Assembly (NCBI GenBank): GCA_965249485.1
Contig: OZ252239.1
Location: 1,312,001-1,376,000, forward strand
Source: a bacterium
Lineage (GTDB): Bacteria; SM23-31
Length of the DNA stretch: 64,000 nt
Reading direction: 5' to 3'
Notes under the pieces: model-generated
The model's input: only the letters and a program-made list of their open reading frames with translations
Databases searched by the model: none
Told to the model about the DNA's origin: nothing
Shown here: piece by piece, positions 1-10,808 of the stretch
Layout of the letters: each line of letters starts with the position of its first letter
Numbering within the stretch: the stretch's first letter is position 1
Program-made: the position numbers and the translations under genes

Positions 1-362
1 GATTTCGGGTAATGGATGTCCCTCGGAAAGCGATATACCTTCAAGGAGAGCGCCAGTCACAGATAAAAGGATTCAAATATGCTATAAAAGTCTCGCCAAT
101 GCTTTTAAGGGGATTTTTCTGGAGACTGATTGTAAAATATGTATTCCGGGATTTTCATCCCCTGATATTTTTCTATATTTTAGGGTTGATATTATTACCC
201 CTCGGGGTTTTATTCGGAGGATATTTGGTTATCTCTCAAATATCCGGTATTGGTGTAACAGGACCCCGTGCTATTCTGTGTGCCATGCTTATAATTACCG
301 GGATGCAATTTCTTTTGTTTGCTATACTGTTTGACAGTCAGGAATCGGAAAAAAATAATTAA
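1..362 (+). CDS. C-terminal part of a GT2-family glycosyltransferase with TM helices; truncated by window edge
   Basis: Segment DVPRKAIY..ERQSQIK followed by HPLIFF and two hydrophobic helices, typical of GT2 C-termini; frame is open to the window start. Confidence 0.7.
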   Translation, partial: FRVMDVPRKAIYLQGERQSQIKGFKYAIKVSPMLLRGFFWRLIVKYVFRDFHPLIFFYILGLILLPLGVLFGGYLVISQISGIGVTGPRAILCAMLIITGMQFLLFAILFDSQESEKNN

Positions 363-391
363 ATCGATTGAGATAATTACGCTATCGAATT

Positions 392-2275
392 ATGTGCGGT
401 ATATGCGGTATATATAATTTTCGCAGCAATGAACTTGCTTCGGAAACTGTTGTCAGAAAAATGATGGATGCCATGGAACATCGTGGCCCAGATGATGATG
501 GAGTATATACAAATGGGCCACTCTCAATTGGGATGCGCCGGCTCAGCATCATCGACAGGGCAACCGGTAAGCAGCCGATGTGTAATGAAACGGAAGATGT
601 GTGGGTCGTCTATAACGGAGAAATCTATAACTATCTTCCCTTGATGGAGGAACTCAGAAAAAAAGGGCATATTTTCAGATCAAAAAGCGATACCGAAGTA
701 ATTGTCCATCTCTATGAAGAATATGGGACAGACAGTTTTTCGATGCTCAACGGTATGTTTGCGATCGCACTCTGGGACACTAAGCGGAAAACGTTATACC
801 TTGTCCGCGACCGGTTTGGAATTAAACCTCTTGCTTACTCGATTGTAAATGGAAAATTGATTTTTGGCTCCGAAATCCACTTGCTTTTCAAAGACCCTGA
901 TGTTTCAAAAGAAATTAACCTTGAAGCATTAGATTTATATTTCGCTTATTATTATATTAACGCACCCCATACAATATTTAAGGGTGTGAAAAAAGTTCCT
1001 TCCGCATCATATCTGGAATGCAAAAACGGCGACATAAATATAATACGTTATTGGAATCTGCAGAATACTTATGCGCAATATGACAACGAGGAAGACTATA
1101 CTGAGAAGATCAGAGATTTAATGAGCGAATCTGTGAAACTGCAACTGCAAAGTGAGGTTCCTCTTGGTGTGTTTTTAAGCGGAGGTCTCGATTCGGCTTC
1201 CATTCTGGCATTTATGCGTCAGCATTTATCTAGAAAAATCAAAACGTTCTCAATTGGATTCGAAGATTCTTCGTATAGTGAGCTGCCGGAGGCAGATGCG
1301 GTTGCGAAAATGTATGAGACCGAACACCATCCGACAGTTATGTACCCAAAACATATTCCTGAATTGTTGCCAAAGTTGCTAAAACATATGGGGGAACCAA
1401 ACGGTGACTGGAGTGGTGTTGCGAATTATCTTGTGTCACAGGAAGCAAAAAAATCGGTTACCGTCGTATTGCGAGGTGACGGAGGTGACGAGATATTTGG
1501 GGGATATCCGACTTACAATGCAGCTAACCTTGCACGGCTTGCACGTAAAATACCGAAATCGGTTCGTAATAGAATTATTAATCGTTTGATCAACTTCCTT
1601 CCGGTTTCTCATCGAAGGCTCAGTTTTGATTATAAAGCAAAACGGTTCCTGAAAGGAATCGATTTACCCGTCTATGAAGCCCACCATTATTGGAAAGAGG
1701 TGTTTCCGCCTGACTGGAGAAACTCTCTGATTTCGTCGGACTATTATGTCAACCAAAATGGTGCTCTTGTCATGGACGAAATAGAATCGATAGCCGGCGA
1801 AATGCAGTCAGAAAACATCGAAGATACTTTGACATATCTTGACCTGAGAATCTTTAATCAGGGATGTACGCTGCCGGTATCGGATATAACCTCCATGGCT
1901 GTTTCGCTTGAAGGAAGAGTTCCTTTTTTACATAATGAAGTAGTGGATTTTGCCTATTCTATTCCGTTTCGGCTGAAAAACCGGGGTATGCAGACAAAAT
2001 ACATCTACCGTAAGGCGATGCAGGGGCTGCTTCCGAATAGGATTGTTCGAATGAAGAAAAAAGGATTTGTGGTTCCCGGTGCAAGCTGGATATCTCATGA
2101 ACTCAAACCATACATTCAAGATGTTTTATCTGAAAGCAATATTGCAAAAATACCCTACTTAAATGCTAAACCGGTCCAAAAGGTACTAAAAAATCATTTC
2201 GATATGAATGTAGACAATACTCGACAGATAACTTGCCTTGTTGCATTTGTACTTTGGTATGACTGTTTTCATTAA
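392..2275 (+). CDS. asnB: Asparagine synthase (glutamine-hydrolysing)-like amidotransferase, probably sugar-modifying
   Basis: N-terminal MCGICG Ntn cysteine, HRGPDD, RLSIID, NGEIYN, LSGGLDS motifs; sits in a polysaccharide cluster. Confidence 0.92.
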   Translation: MCGICGIYNFRSNELASETVVRKMMDAMEHRGPDDDGVYTNGPLSIGMRRLSIIDRATGKQPMCNETEDVWVVYNGEIYNYLPLMEELRKKGHIFRSKSDTEVIVHLYEEYGTDSFSMLNGMFAIALWDTKRKTLYLVRDRFGIKPLAYSIVNGKLIFGSEIHLLFKDPDVSKEINLEALDLYFAYYYINAPHTIFKGVKKVPSASYLECKNGDINIIRYWNLQNTYAQYDNEEDYTEKIRDLMSESVKLQLQSEVPLGVFLSGGLDSASILAFMRQHLSRKIKTFSIGFEDSSYSELPEADAVAKMYETEHHPTVMYPKHIPELLPKLLKHMGEPNGDWSGVANYLVSQEAKKSVTVVLRGDGGDEIFGGYPTYNAANLARLARKIPKSVRNRIINRLINFLPVSHRRLSFDYKAKRFLKGIDLPVYEAHHYWKEVFPPDWRNSLISSDYYVNQNGALVMDEIESIAGEMQSENIEDTLTYLDLRIFNQGCTLPVSDITSMAVSLEGRVPFLHNEVVDFAYSIPFRLKNRGMQTKYIYRKAMQGLLPNRIVRMKKKGFVVPGASWISHELKPYIQDVLSESNIAKIPYLNAKPVQKVLKNHFDMNVDNTRQITCLVAFVLWYDCFH

Positions 2276-2320
2276 TATTCGGGTTGTTTTTAATCTCAAT
2301 TAGTTCACTATGGAGTTACA

Positions 2321-3277
2321 ATGAAAGTTCTTATAACCGGTATTACGGGATTTGCCGGTAGCCATCTTGCAGATTATGTTTTGAAGGAAAAGCTCGGTAC
2401 GGTGATCGGTATACATCGCTGGCGTAGTGATATGCGTAATATCAGGCATATTATCGATAAAATAGACTTACATGAATGCGACCTTCGTGATGCATTTTCT
2501 GTCAGAGATCTGATTGAAGCAGTCAGACCAGACAAGATTTTCCACCTTGCTGCTCAAAGCTTCGTACCGACATCCTGGAAAGCACCGACTGAATCGCTCA
2601 CGACGAATATTGTCGGCCAGTTAAATATATTTGAAGCCGTCAGAAAATTAAAGATTAGTCCCTGGATTCAGCTTGCTTGCTCGAGCGAAGAGTATGGAAT
2701 GGTTTACGAAAATGAACTTCCTATAAAAGAAACTAATCCACTTAGACCTCTAAGCCCTTATGCTGTCAGCAAAATCGGTCAGGATATGCTCGGATATCAA
2801 TACTTCTGTAGTTTTGGAATAAAGGCAGTCAGAACCAGGACATTCAACCATACAGGTCCCCGCCGTGCACACGTATTTGTTGTTTCTGATTTTGCCAGGC
2901 AAATTGTTGATATTGAAAAAGGGCTTCGTGATCCGGTAATCCATGTCGGGAATCTCGATGCCCGTCGAGATTTTACCGATGTCCGGGATATCGTAAGAGC
3001 ATACTGGTTGTCACTTGAAAAGTGTGAAGCGGGTGAAGTGTACAACATCTGTTCCGGTACTACATGGTACATTCGCGATATGCTGAATATGCTCATAGAA
3101 AGATCAAAAGTTAAAATTGGAATTCAGCAGGATCCTGACCGTATGCGACCGTCCGATGTTGAAGTACTACTCGGAGATGCATCCAAGTTTAGGCAGGCAA
3201 CAGGCTGGAAACCTGAAATCCCATTTGAACAAACATTGGAAGATATTTTAAATTACTGGCGGAGCTATCAGGAATAA
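2321..3277 (+). CDS. GDP-mannose 4,6-dehydratase-like extended SDR
   Basis: TGITGFAG, HLAAQSFV, SSEEYG, YAVSK and GNLDARRDF motifs. Confidence 0.85.
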   Translation: MKVLITGITGFAGSHLADYVLKEKLGTVIGIHRWRSDMRNIRHIIDKIDLHECDLRDAFSVRDLIEAVRPDKIFHLAAQSFVPTSWKAPTESLTTNIVGQLNIFEAVRKLKISPWIQLACSSEEYGMVYENELPIKETNPLRPLSPYAVSKIGQDMLGYQYFCSFGIKAVRTRTFNHTGPRRAHVFVVSDFARQIVDIEKGLRDPVIHVGNLDARRDFTDVRDIVRAYWLSLEKCEAGEVYNICSGTTWYIRDMLNMLIERSKVKIGIQQDPDRMRPSDVEVLLGDASKFRQATGWKPEIPFEQTLEDILNYWRSYQE

Positions 3278-3280
3278 GCA

Positions 3281-4234
3281 ATGAATATTGTCATCACGGG
3301 AGCCGGCGGATTTGCGGGATCGTATCTGATTCGAGAACTACTGGGGCATTACGGTGATATTGCACAGCTTTATGGTATATCGGATGTAATTCCAACAAGT
3401 GTGGATGCCCGTAATTTGAAGGATTGCGCTATTGTCGATATTACCGATTATGATGCGCTCAAAAAAAGTTTGTTACTATTCAAACCGGACTCTATCTATC
3501 ATCTTGCAGCACAGAGTTCAGTGGCTCTTTCATTTGAAAAGCCGCATGAAACGTTTTCGGTGAACCAGTTCGGAACCTTGAATGTTCTGGATATAGCGGC
3601 CAAAGCGTTTGAGAATATGCCAAATATTCTCATCGTCAGTTCAGCGGATCTTTATAAATATTCATCCGGTGCAATTTCGGAAGATACGCCATTTGCACCT
3701 TTAAATCCTTATGCTGTGAGCAAGGCAGCAGCAGATTATATCGGGTACATGTATTGGAAAAACAATAACTTACCGGTTATTCGAGTTCGCTCATTCAACC
3801 ATATCGGGCCAGGTCAGTCAACAAAATTTGTCCTGCCGGATTTTGCCCGGCAGATAGCCCGAATTGAAAAAAGTATTCAGAAGCCTGAGCTGTATGTCGG
3901 GAATCTTGATGCTCGGCGAGATTTTACTGATGTTCGCGATGTTGTTAGGGCATATCGTATGGTAGTGGAATCCGGACAATCCGGCAGTGTTTATAATGTT
4001 TGTTCAAATAAAACCTATGCGATCAAAGAATTGGTTACTCTATTAGTCGAAATGAGTCATGCGTCTATTACCATAAAACAGGATTCTAAACGGATGAGAC
4101 CTTCGGATAATCCGAATCTTCTCGGGGATAATAGCAAAATTGTCCGTGAAATCGGATGGGAACCTGAAATTTCTATTGAAAAAACGCTCGAAGAATTATT
4201 ACATTTCTGGCGGAAGCAAGTAGACTCGGAATAA
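3281..4234 (+). CDS. GDP-4-keto-6-deoxy-D-mannose reductase (Rmd)-like extended SDR
   Basis: TGAGGFAG, HLAAQSSV, SSADLY (no catalytic Glu), YAVSK, FNHIGPGQ, GNLDARRDF. Confidence 0.75.
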   Translation: MNIVITGAGGFAGSYLIRELLGHYGDIAQLYGISDVIPTSVDARNLKDCAIVDITDYDALKKSLLLFKPDSIYHLAAQSSVALSFEKPHETFSVNQFGTLNVLDIAAKAFENMPNILIVSSADLYKYSSGAISEDTPFAPLNPYAVSKAAADYIGYMYWKNNNLPVIRVRSFNHIGPGQSTKFVLPDFARQIARIEKSIQKPELYVGNLDARRDFTDVRDVVRAYRMVVESGQSGSVYNVCSNKTYAIKELVTLLVEMSHASITIKQDSKRMRPSDNPNLLGDNSKIVREIGWEPEISIEKTLEELLHFWRKQVDSE

Positions 4235-4239
4235 TAAAT

Positions 4240-4989
4240 ATGTCTGAGAATTCAATATCACAATCGGCACGTATTCCATCTGATGCTCAGATTGGTCAAT
4301 ACTGCGTCATTGAAAATGATGTGCGGATTGGCAAAAGTTGCACGATTGGGAATCATGTTGTGATTTATCCCAATACAATCATTGGTGATGAAGTTTCCAT
4401 TCAAGACCATGCTGTTGTCGGAAAACCACCGATACGTGGAAAAAGAAGTGTGCAACGCCTTTCGCCTGATAGTGATAACCCTGCGCGTATCGGGTCCGGT
4501 GTAAGAATCGGTGCCCATGTAATCATATATAATCAGACATCCATTGCTGATTCAGTATTAATAGCTGATGCTGCAGCTGTACGAGAGCGGGTTACGATTG
4601 GAGAAGAGTCGATTGTCGGGAGGTCGGTCACAATTGAAAACGATTCGGTAATCGGACAACGGACAAAACTTGAGACTGCCTGTTATATTACAGCATACTC
4701 CAAACTTGGCAATAACTGTTTTATTGCTCCTATGGTTGCATCTTCGAATGATGCCTTTTTGGGCAGGACAGAGGAACGGTTTGGGAAATACAAAGGAATT
4801 ACTGTCAAAGATGGCGGCAGAATCGGTGTCGGAGCTGTTATACTCCCCGGTATTATAATCGGAAAAGAGGGAGTCGTTGGCGCCGGTTTGGTAGTGACTA
4901 AGAACGTACCGGAAAAGACACTTGTAATGGGCGTACCAGCACGTATCATTAGAAAGATTCCGCCAGATCAATGTGCTGAAAACCAGTAA
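4240..4989 (+). CDS. Hexapeptide-repeat (left-handed beta-helix) sugar N-acetyltransferase
   Basis: Many [IV]GxxxxI hexapeptide repeats; C-terminal VGAGLVVTKNVP...GVPAR. Confidence 0.88.
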   Translation: MSENSISQSARIPSDAQIGQYCVIENDVRIGKSCTIGNHVVIYPNTIIGDEVSIQDHAVVGKPPIRGKRSVQRLSPDSDNPARIGSGVRIGAHVIIYNQTSIADSVLIADAAAVRERVTIGEESIVGRSVTIENDSVIGQRTKLETACYITAYSKLGNNCFIAPMVASSNDAFLGRTEERFGKYKGITVKDGGRIGVGAVILPGIIIGKEGVVGAGLVVTKNVPEKTLVMGVPARIIRKIPPDQCAENQ

Positions 4990-5024
4990 CAAAACACATA
5001 ATCACAAAGAGAAATTACACAATT

Positions 5025-5855
5025 ATGGCTATCTTAAAATATACTCTCTATAGCAGAATAATGCTGTGGTATACACGAGTGGTTTTGCCAGTGCTGCTAA
5101 TTATTTCTCCGAGCATTTCTTCTGCTCAGGCACAATCTTGGCGTGAATTTGATTTAGTAAGCATATCAGTCGGGTGGGAGGTTGATCGATTGGGCAAATT
5201 ATTTATGAATACGCAAGATAAAAAGTTTTTAATCTATTCTGAAATGGTCGGTGATGTTTTAATGCTTGATGCGAATACCGATTCGGTATTTATGTATGGT
5301 AATTCTCAGCTAGGAATCGATGAAAATACTAATACTGCAGAATTTGATTTAAATCAAGACAGGATGTATCTTGGTCAGACAGAACGTGTTGGTGTCGATA
5401 TACGACTACCACCGATTATGAATAAAACAATCTATCTTGTTCCTCGTCCTGAAATCATAGGTGAAGCTACAATTGAAGAAATATTGCATCACAAGATTAT
5501 TTTTCGGCAGCTCGTCAAGATATACCAACCTGATGAAGCAGCGCTTACCTATCTGAAAGAGTATTCTACACCGATATCGGTCAGAATTGTGTTTGGGTCG
5601 TGGTGCGGAACATGCAGAGATAAAGTTCCTCAAATAATAAAAGTCATTGCTGAAAGCGGTAATTCAATTATTTCTTATTCATTTATTGGGGTTGACGACA
5701 AGATTTCTCAGGATGAATTGCAGGAACGGTATAATGTGCGGAAACTTCCCGGTATAACCGTCATAAAAGACGGAGTTGAAATGGGAACAATCAACAATGT
5801 ATTCGATGTCTCTTTTGAAAACGATCTCGTTTCTTTATTGCAAACTTTTGAATAA
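5025..5855 (+). CDS. Exported protein with C-terminal thioredoxin domain
   Basis: Signal-peptide-like N-terminus; GSWCGTC CxxC motif and downstream LP cis-Pro-like loop; start codon uncertain. Confidence 0.75.
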   Translation: MAILKYTLYSRIMLWYTRVVLPVLLIISPSISSAQAQSWREFDLVSISVGWEVDRLGKLFMNTQDKKFLIYSEMVGDVLMLDANTDSVFMYGNSQLGIDENTNTAEFDLNQDRMYLGQTERVGVDIRLPPIMNKTIYLVPRPEIIGEATIEEILHHKIIFRQLVKIYQPDEAALTYLKEYSTPISVRIVFGSWCGTCRDKVPQIIKVIAESGNSIISYSFIGVDDKISQDELQERYNVRKLPGITVIKDGVEMGTINNVFDVSFENDLVSLLQTFE

Positions 5856-5898
5856 TAGAAATGAAGTTATAGATATTATGTTTTAAAAATAACTATGT

Positions 5899-6804
5899 AT
5901 GAATATCATTTCATTGCTCCGAACACTATCTCCTTACGTCATCGGTCTGGTTTTTATCTCTGCCGGACTCTTCAAGTCATTTGATCCATCAGCATTTTCA
6001 TTCCATCTGGAATCCTATGGATTTATACCCTCGTCACTTACTTCTGTGATTTCATATTCGGTTATAACAGCTGAACTTATACTTGGTCTCAGTTTAATTC
6101 TCTTTTTAGCTCCTCGCATTGTAATATCATTATTAACAGGTCTGACGGTACTGTTTATTATTGTAACGATTTGGGGGTGGCTACAGGGTATGGAGCAGGG
6201 GTGCGGTTGCTTTGGATCGGCTGTGGAAAGGACTCCCCTGCAGGTGATTTTGGAAGATGCACTTATTCTTACTGGTCTGGCTTTGTGCTGGTGGAAGTAC
6301 AAACTACCGCCATTTCAAACAGCACATTGGAAGAAATATGTTTTTGTAACGGGTTGCTCCATTTCCTTGATTATAACAGTTTTTGGTAAAGATCTTCCGG
6401 TTGATTCACTTGCAACACAACTGCGTACCGGAATAGACCTAAGCAGTCTCGAAGTTTTAGATATCTCGCATAACTTCTCAGAGGGGTCGTTTCTTGTCAT
6501 TCTTCTGAGTACTGATTGTGCCAAATGTCCGGAATATGTTACAATGCTCAACACATTTAGTCAAATCGATCAGCTACCCGGAGTAGTGGGAATTTTTGCA
6601 GGAACAAAAGAGGAGTCGATAGCATTTTTCTGGGAAAATCTCCCCGATTTTCCGATTGGACATGCTCAGTATTCTATGATGCGGAAATATTTTCGAAAAT
6701 TACCAAGGTTATTTTTTTTGAGAAATGGTACCGTTCAGTACATATGGGACAATGATATGCCGTCTATAAATCAGGTAACAGAAATTGTATCAGAACTTAA
6801 TTAA
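5899..6804 (+). CDS. MauE/DoxX-family membrane protein fused to a thioredoxin-like domain
   Basis: FISAGLFK, AELILG, GCGCFG (MauE signature); later DCAKC CxxC. Confidence 0.8.
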   Translation: MNIISLLRTLSPYVIGLVFISAGLFKSFDPSAFSFHLESYGFIPSSLTSVISYSVITAELILGLSLILFLAPRIVISLLTGLTVLFIIVTIWGWLQGMEQGCGCFGSAVERTPLQVILEDALILTGLALCWWKYKLPPFQTAHWKKYVFVTGCSISLIITVFGKDLPVDSLATQLRTGIDLSSLEVLDISHNFSEGSFLVILLSTDCAKCPEYVTMLNTFSQIDQLPGVVGIFAGTKEESIAFFWENLPDFPIGHAQYSMMRKYFRKLPRLFFLRNGTVQYIWDNDMPSINQVTEIVSELN

Positions 6805-6951
6805 TACTCATGAAACGTTGCCGTAGATCCATAATATCCAATATGAGAATTCTTTTGTATCAGCACCATTTTTTCTGTATTTTGAAGTGATGCAGGGTCT
6901 TCAACAATGCTATTGGGATTGCTTATCTTATGTACTCAAGGAGATTGAAGT

Positions 6952-7413
6952 ATGGATTTGATTGATGGTGTCCAAGTTAAAAAACTCAAGGTTATTTCCG
7001 ATGAGCGAGGCCGCCTCATGGAGATACTCAGAAATGATGATGAGATATTCATTAAATTTGGGCAGGTGTATATTACGACTGCATACCCCGGTGTTGTAAA
7101 AGGGTGGCACTATCATAAAAAGCAGACTGATCATTTTGTCGGATTAAAAGAAATGACAAAAGTTGTCCTCTATGATAACCGTGAGAATTCAAAAACTCAC
7201 GGACTCATAAATGAGTTTTTTCTGGGTAAGCATAATCCGATATTGGTACAGATCCCTGCAGGAGTTTTTCATGGATTCAAATGTATCGGCGAAACAGAAA
7301 GTATAATACTGAACATTCCGACAGAACAATACGATTATGACGATCCGGATGAATTTAGAGTCGAAGCGCACGATCCGAGTATCCCATACGACTGGTCAAG
7401 GAAAGACGGATAA
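6952..7413 (+). CDS. rmlC: dTDP-4-dehydrorhamnose 3,5-epimerase family
   Basis: DERG, VKGWHYH, IPAGVFHGF motifs; RBS ggag upstream. Confidence 0.88.
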   Translation: MDLIDGVQVKKLKVISDERGRLMEILRNDDEIFIKFGQVYITTAYPGVVKGWHYHKKQTDHFVGLKEMTKVVLYDNRENSKTHGLINEFFLGKHNPILVQIPAGVFHGFKCIGETESIILNIPTEQYDYDDPDEFRVEAHDPSIPYDWSRKDG

Positions 7414-7455
7414 ATAGATATTATCAGATAACTTCAGTATTATCTCAGGTGTATA

Positions 7456-8472
7456 ATGAAATTGATGGTAACAGGCGGAGCAGGATTTATCGGCAGTAAC
7501 TTTATCCGGTATGTACTGAGCCGCGACTCCGAAATCGAAATAATTAATGTCGACAAACTGACTTATGCGGGGAACCTCGCAAACTTGCATGATGTAGAAA
7601 GCAGATATTCGGAACGGTATACATTTCATATGGGCGATATTTGTGATAGAGAATTTATCAAACAGACAGTCGTGAATTGTAATGTTGAAGCTATCATTAA
7701 TTTTGCGGCTGAATCACATGTCGACCGATCAATTTTGGAATCGGATGTGTTCGTTACAACAAATATCGTTGGTACAAAAGTGCTGCTTGATGCTGCACTT
7801 GATATGAATATTTCACTCTTTATACAAATTTCAACTGATGAGGTTTATGGTTCGCTCGGGCCTGAAGGACAGTTTACCGAAGACACTCAGATTGCTCCGA
7901 ACAGCCCCTATTCGGCAAGTAAAGCTGCGGCTGACCATCTTGCCAGAGCATATTACAAGACATACGAACTTCCAGTCATAATTACTCGGTGTTCGAATAA
8001 TTATGGCCCGTACCAATTTCCTGAGAAATTCATACCCCTTATGATTCTCAATGCTCAAGAAGATATTCCTCTGCCTATATATGGAAGAGGCGTGAATATC
8101 CGGGATTGGATTCACGTCGAAGACCATTGTGCAGCTCTCTTTACGGTGTTGAAAAAGGGAAAACGGGGCGAAGTATATAATATCGGCGGTGAATGTGAAC
8201 AGCAGAATATTGATATTGCATATAAAATTCTTGATGTGCTATCGAAACCCCGTTCGCTGATTACGTATGTTACCGACCGACTGGGGCATGATCTCCGCTA
8301 TGCAATGGATTTTTCAAAGCTCAAGACACAGCTGGGATGGGAGCCGAAAATCGGGTTTGAAGATGGTCTGGTATCAGTAGTTTCATGGTATGTGGAGAAT
8401 GCACCTTGGCTTGAGAACGTGAAAACTAAAGAATATCTCACCTACTACGAAGAGCAGTACGGCAGTCGCTAA
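7456..8472 (+). CDS. rmlB: dTDP-glucose 4,6-dehydratase
   Basis: TGGAGFIGSN, DKLTYAGN, AAESHVDRSI, STDEVYG, YSASKA, NNYGPYQFPEK. Confidence 0.95.
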   Translation: MKLMVTGGAGFIGSNFIRYVLSRDSEIEIINVDKLTYAGNLANLHDVESRYSERYTFHMGDICDREFIKQTVVNCNVEAIINFAAESHVDRSILESDVFVTTNIVGTKVLLDAALDMNISLFIQISTDEVYGSLGPEGQFTEDTQIAPNSPYSASKAAADHLARAYYKTYELPVIITRCSNNYGPYQFPEKFIPLMILNAQEDIPLPIYGRGVNIRDWIHVEDHCAALFTVLKKGKRGEVYNIGGECEQQNIDIAYKILDVLSKPRSLITYVTDRLGHDLRYAMDFSKLKTQLGWEPKIGFEDGLVSVVSWYVENAPWLENVKTKEYLTYYEEQYGSR

Positions 8473-8561
8473 GAAGACACAATTATACGTTTGAATTTTG
8501 TAGTCGTTAATGACATAACATGGATATAATATTAACCATGGTAACAACAGATTGATTTAGG

Positions 8562-9593
8562 ATGAGAATACTCGTTGTCAGACCAGATCACATTGGTGAT
8601 ATGATTTTAACGACTCCATTCCTAACTGTTCTTAAGTCTTCTTTTCCGGAGTGGCAAGTCTCAGTATTATGCGGCTCATGGTCTTTACCTGTCCTGCGGA
8701 ACAACCCAAATTGTGATGAAATAATTCAATGTGATTTTCCGTGGCTTGCACGAGGACAACAAGCTTCTTGGAGTTCTTTGTTTAATACAGTCAGAAAACT
8801 CAGATCTCAGAAATATGACATCGTTTTCAATCTTAGAAAAGCTGCAAAATCAGCAGTTGTAACCCAGCTGATCGGGGGAGCAACAACATGGGGATTTGAT
8901 GTTGCAAAATCATCCTGGGCATTTTCACAGACCATTCCCTACAGAACTGATATTCATATAGCAGACCTTTATTGTGATTTCATCGCCCATCTTCAGGAAT
9001 TCTCCGGTTCAATTACACACAGGGGGCTGGAACTCTATCTCGATGAAAAAGATGTGCAATCACTCGAAAAATCAACTCCCATACCCGATAGATTTGTAGT
9101 TTGTTCACCTGGTGCCGGCTATTCTGAAAAACATTGGTTTGCCGACCGGTGGGCCGGTATTGCAGATTGGGTAACACACTCTTTGAAACTCACCGTTATT
9201 TTTACAGGAGGGAGCGGTGAACGGGCGTTGATTCAGGAAATTATATCAAAAATGAATGAAAATAGTATTGATGTGTCGGGCAAATTATCTATCAGAGAGG
9301 CGGCTGTTCTTGCAGATAAGGCGAGCTTTGTAGTATCTGTCGATTCAGCAATGATGCATATCGCTTCTGCAGTAAAAACACCGGTTATAGCCCTATTCGG
9401 CCCGACTAATCCTGATCATTGGGGACCCTACCCGAATGGAAAATCGAACTGTGTTCTCAGTAAAATACATACGTTTAATCAGGGGAGAGGATCGACGAAC
9501 AGATCGGGAGGTATGAGTCTTATAACAGTAAAAGAAGTGCAAAATGCAATTCTAGAAGTGTGCAAATCAGAGAAGTTAGACAAAACAGAATAA
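8562..9593 (+). CDS. GT9 glycosyltransferase (LPS heptosyltransferase family)
   Basis: RPDHIGD, DSAMMHIA, ALFGPT motifs. Confidence 0.9.
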   Translation: MRILVVRPDHIGDMILTTPFLTVLKSSFPEWQVSVLCGSWSLPVLRNNPNCDEIIQCDFPWLARGQQASWSSLFNTVRKLRSQKYDIVFNLRKAAKSAVVTQLIGGATTWGFDVAKSSWAFSQTIPYRTDIHIADLYCDFIAHLQEFSGSITHRGLELYLDEKDVQSLEKSTPIPDRFVVCSPGAGYSEKHWFADRWAGIADWVTHSLKLTVIFTGGSGERALIQEIISKMNENSIDVSGKLSIREAAVLADKASFVVSVDSAMMHIASAVKTPVIALFGPTNPDHWGPYPNGKSNCVLSKIHTFNQGRGSTNRSGGMSLITVKEVQNAILEVCKSEKLDKTE

Positions 9594-9614
9594 CATTGAG
9601 TCACAGTCGATTGG

Positions 9615-10745
9615 ATGAGAGTTTACGGAAATTACATGAACCGACTACCTGAAAGAGAAATTGAACAAATAAAGCAGATTCTTGTGATTGGAGCGATCGG
9701 CATCGGGAATCTTCTTCTTTTTTCCGGCGGCCTGCGGGGTCTCAGGAAATTATTCCCAGATGCGAATATTACGATGATTGTCTTGAAAGAGGGATTTAAA
9801 CATCTCTATGAGCACGATAGGTCTATTGATGAGGTTTTGGTACTCGATGTTGATAAAGTACAGTCAATATCGCAAAAGATATCTTTTCTGAAGGAATTGA
9901 GAAAAAAGAAGTTTCAGCTTTGCATCACAACATTTCCTGCGAATAGACTTGAATATAATCTTCTTGCATTTGCATCAGGGGCTAAATGGCGAATCGCTCA
10001 TCAATATTCCTCAAAACAGATAAGCTCGTTATCCTATTTGCAGAGTATCAGGATACCCGTCGACAAAACACTGCACGATTCTGACCAGAATTGCAATCTG
10101 CTCGAACCCTTGGGATATAGCCCGGAGGCTTCTGAAAATTACGTGTCGCTTCCACTTTTACAAGAGAACCATGTTGAAGCAGAGAAGTATCTGAATGAAA
10201 ATAATTGTGCAGCTTCGTTGGTTATCGGTATGCATCCTGGATCAAGTATGGAGAGGAATATGGTGTTAAAACGGTGGGGGAGTGACAAGTTTGCGGAACT
10301 ATCACGTTGGCTTGCAGAGACTTATGGTGCACATATTCTTTTGTTAGGGGGAAAAGAAGAAAAGCAGCTTCGATACGATATTCATGAAAAAGCACAAACA
10401 CACACACACGTGGTAACGGGTTTAGATTTTCTCACGACGGCGGCGCTGATAAGCCGTTGCAGCCTCTTCGTAACCAACGATTCTGGATTGATGCATGTTG
10501 CGGTTGCGGCCGGGACGCAGACGATTGCCCTTTTTGGACCGACTGATCCGGGGCGGACCGCACCGTATGGTAATATCCACAGTGTTGTAAGGACGGGAAT
10601 TGATTGCAGTCCCTGTTGGTCAATTCTTAATCTCGGTGTCGGAAATATTAACTGCATTCACGAGGAAAATCTTTGTCTCACGCAATTGCCGGTGGAAGCG
10701 GTAAAAAAAGAAATTGAACTCCGATTCAAGAATGTTGAAAAATAG
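9615..10745 (+). CDS. GT9 glycosyltransferase (WaaF-like)
   Basis: GIGN, HPGS..KRW, NDSGLMHVA, ALFGPT, CSPC; start may be the ATG at 9636. Confidence 0.9.
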   Translation: MRVYGNYMNRLPEREIEQIKQILVIGAIGIGNLLLFSGGLRGLRKLFPDANITMIVLKEGFKHLYEHDRSIDEVLVLDVDKVQSISQKISFLKELRKKKFQLCITTFPANRLEYNLLAFASGAKWRIAHQYSSKQISSLSYLQSIRIPVDKTLHDSDQNCNLLEPLGYSPEASENYVSLPLLQENHVEAEKYLNENNCAASLVIGMHPGSSMERNMVLKRWGSDKFAELSRWLAETYGAHILLLGGKEEKQLRYDIHEKAQTHTHVVTGLDFLTTAALISRCSLFVTNDSGLMHVAVAAGTQTIALFGPTDPGRTAPYGNIHSVVRTGIDCSPCWSILNLGVGNINCIHEENLCLTQLPVEAVKKEIELRFKNVEK

Positions 10746-10808
10746 CGATAAATTGAGTACACTGTTTTTCATTTGTGGCACTGAATAAAAAATTGACAGG
10801 TATACATC

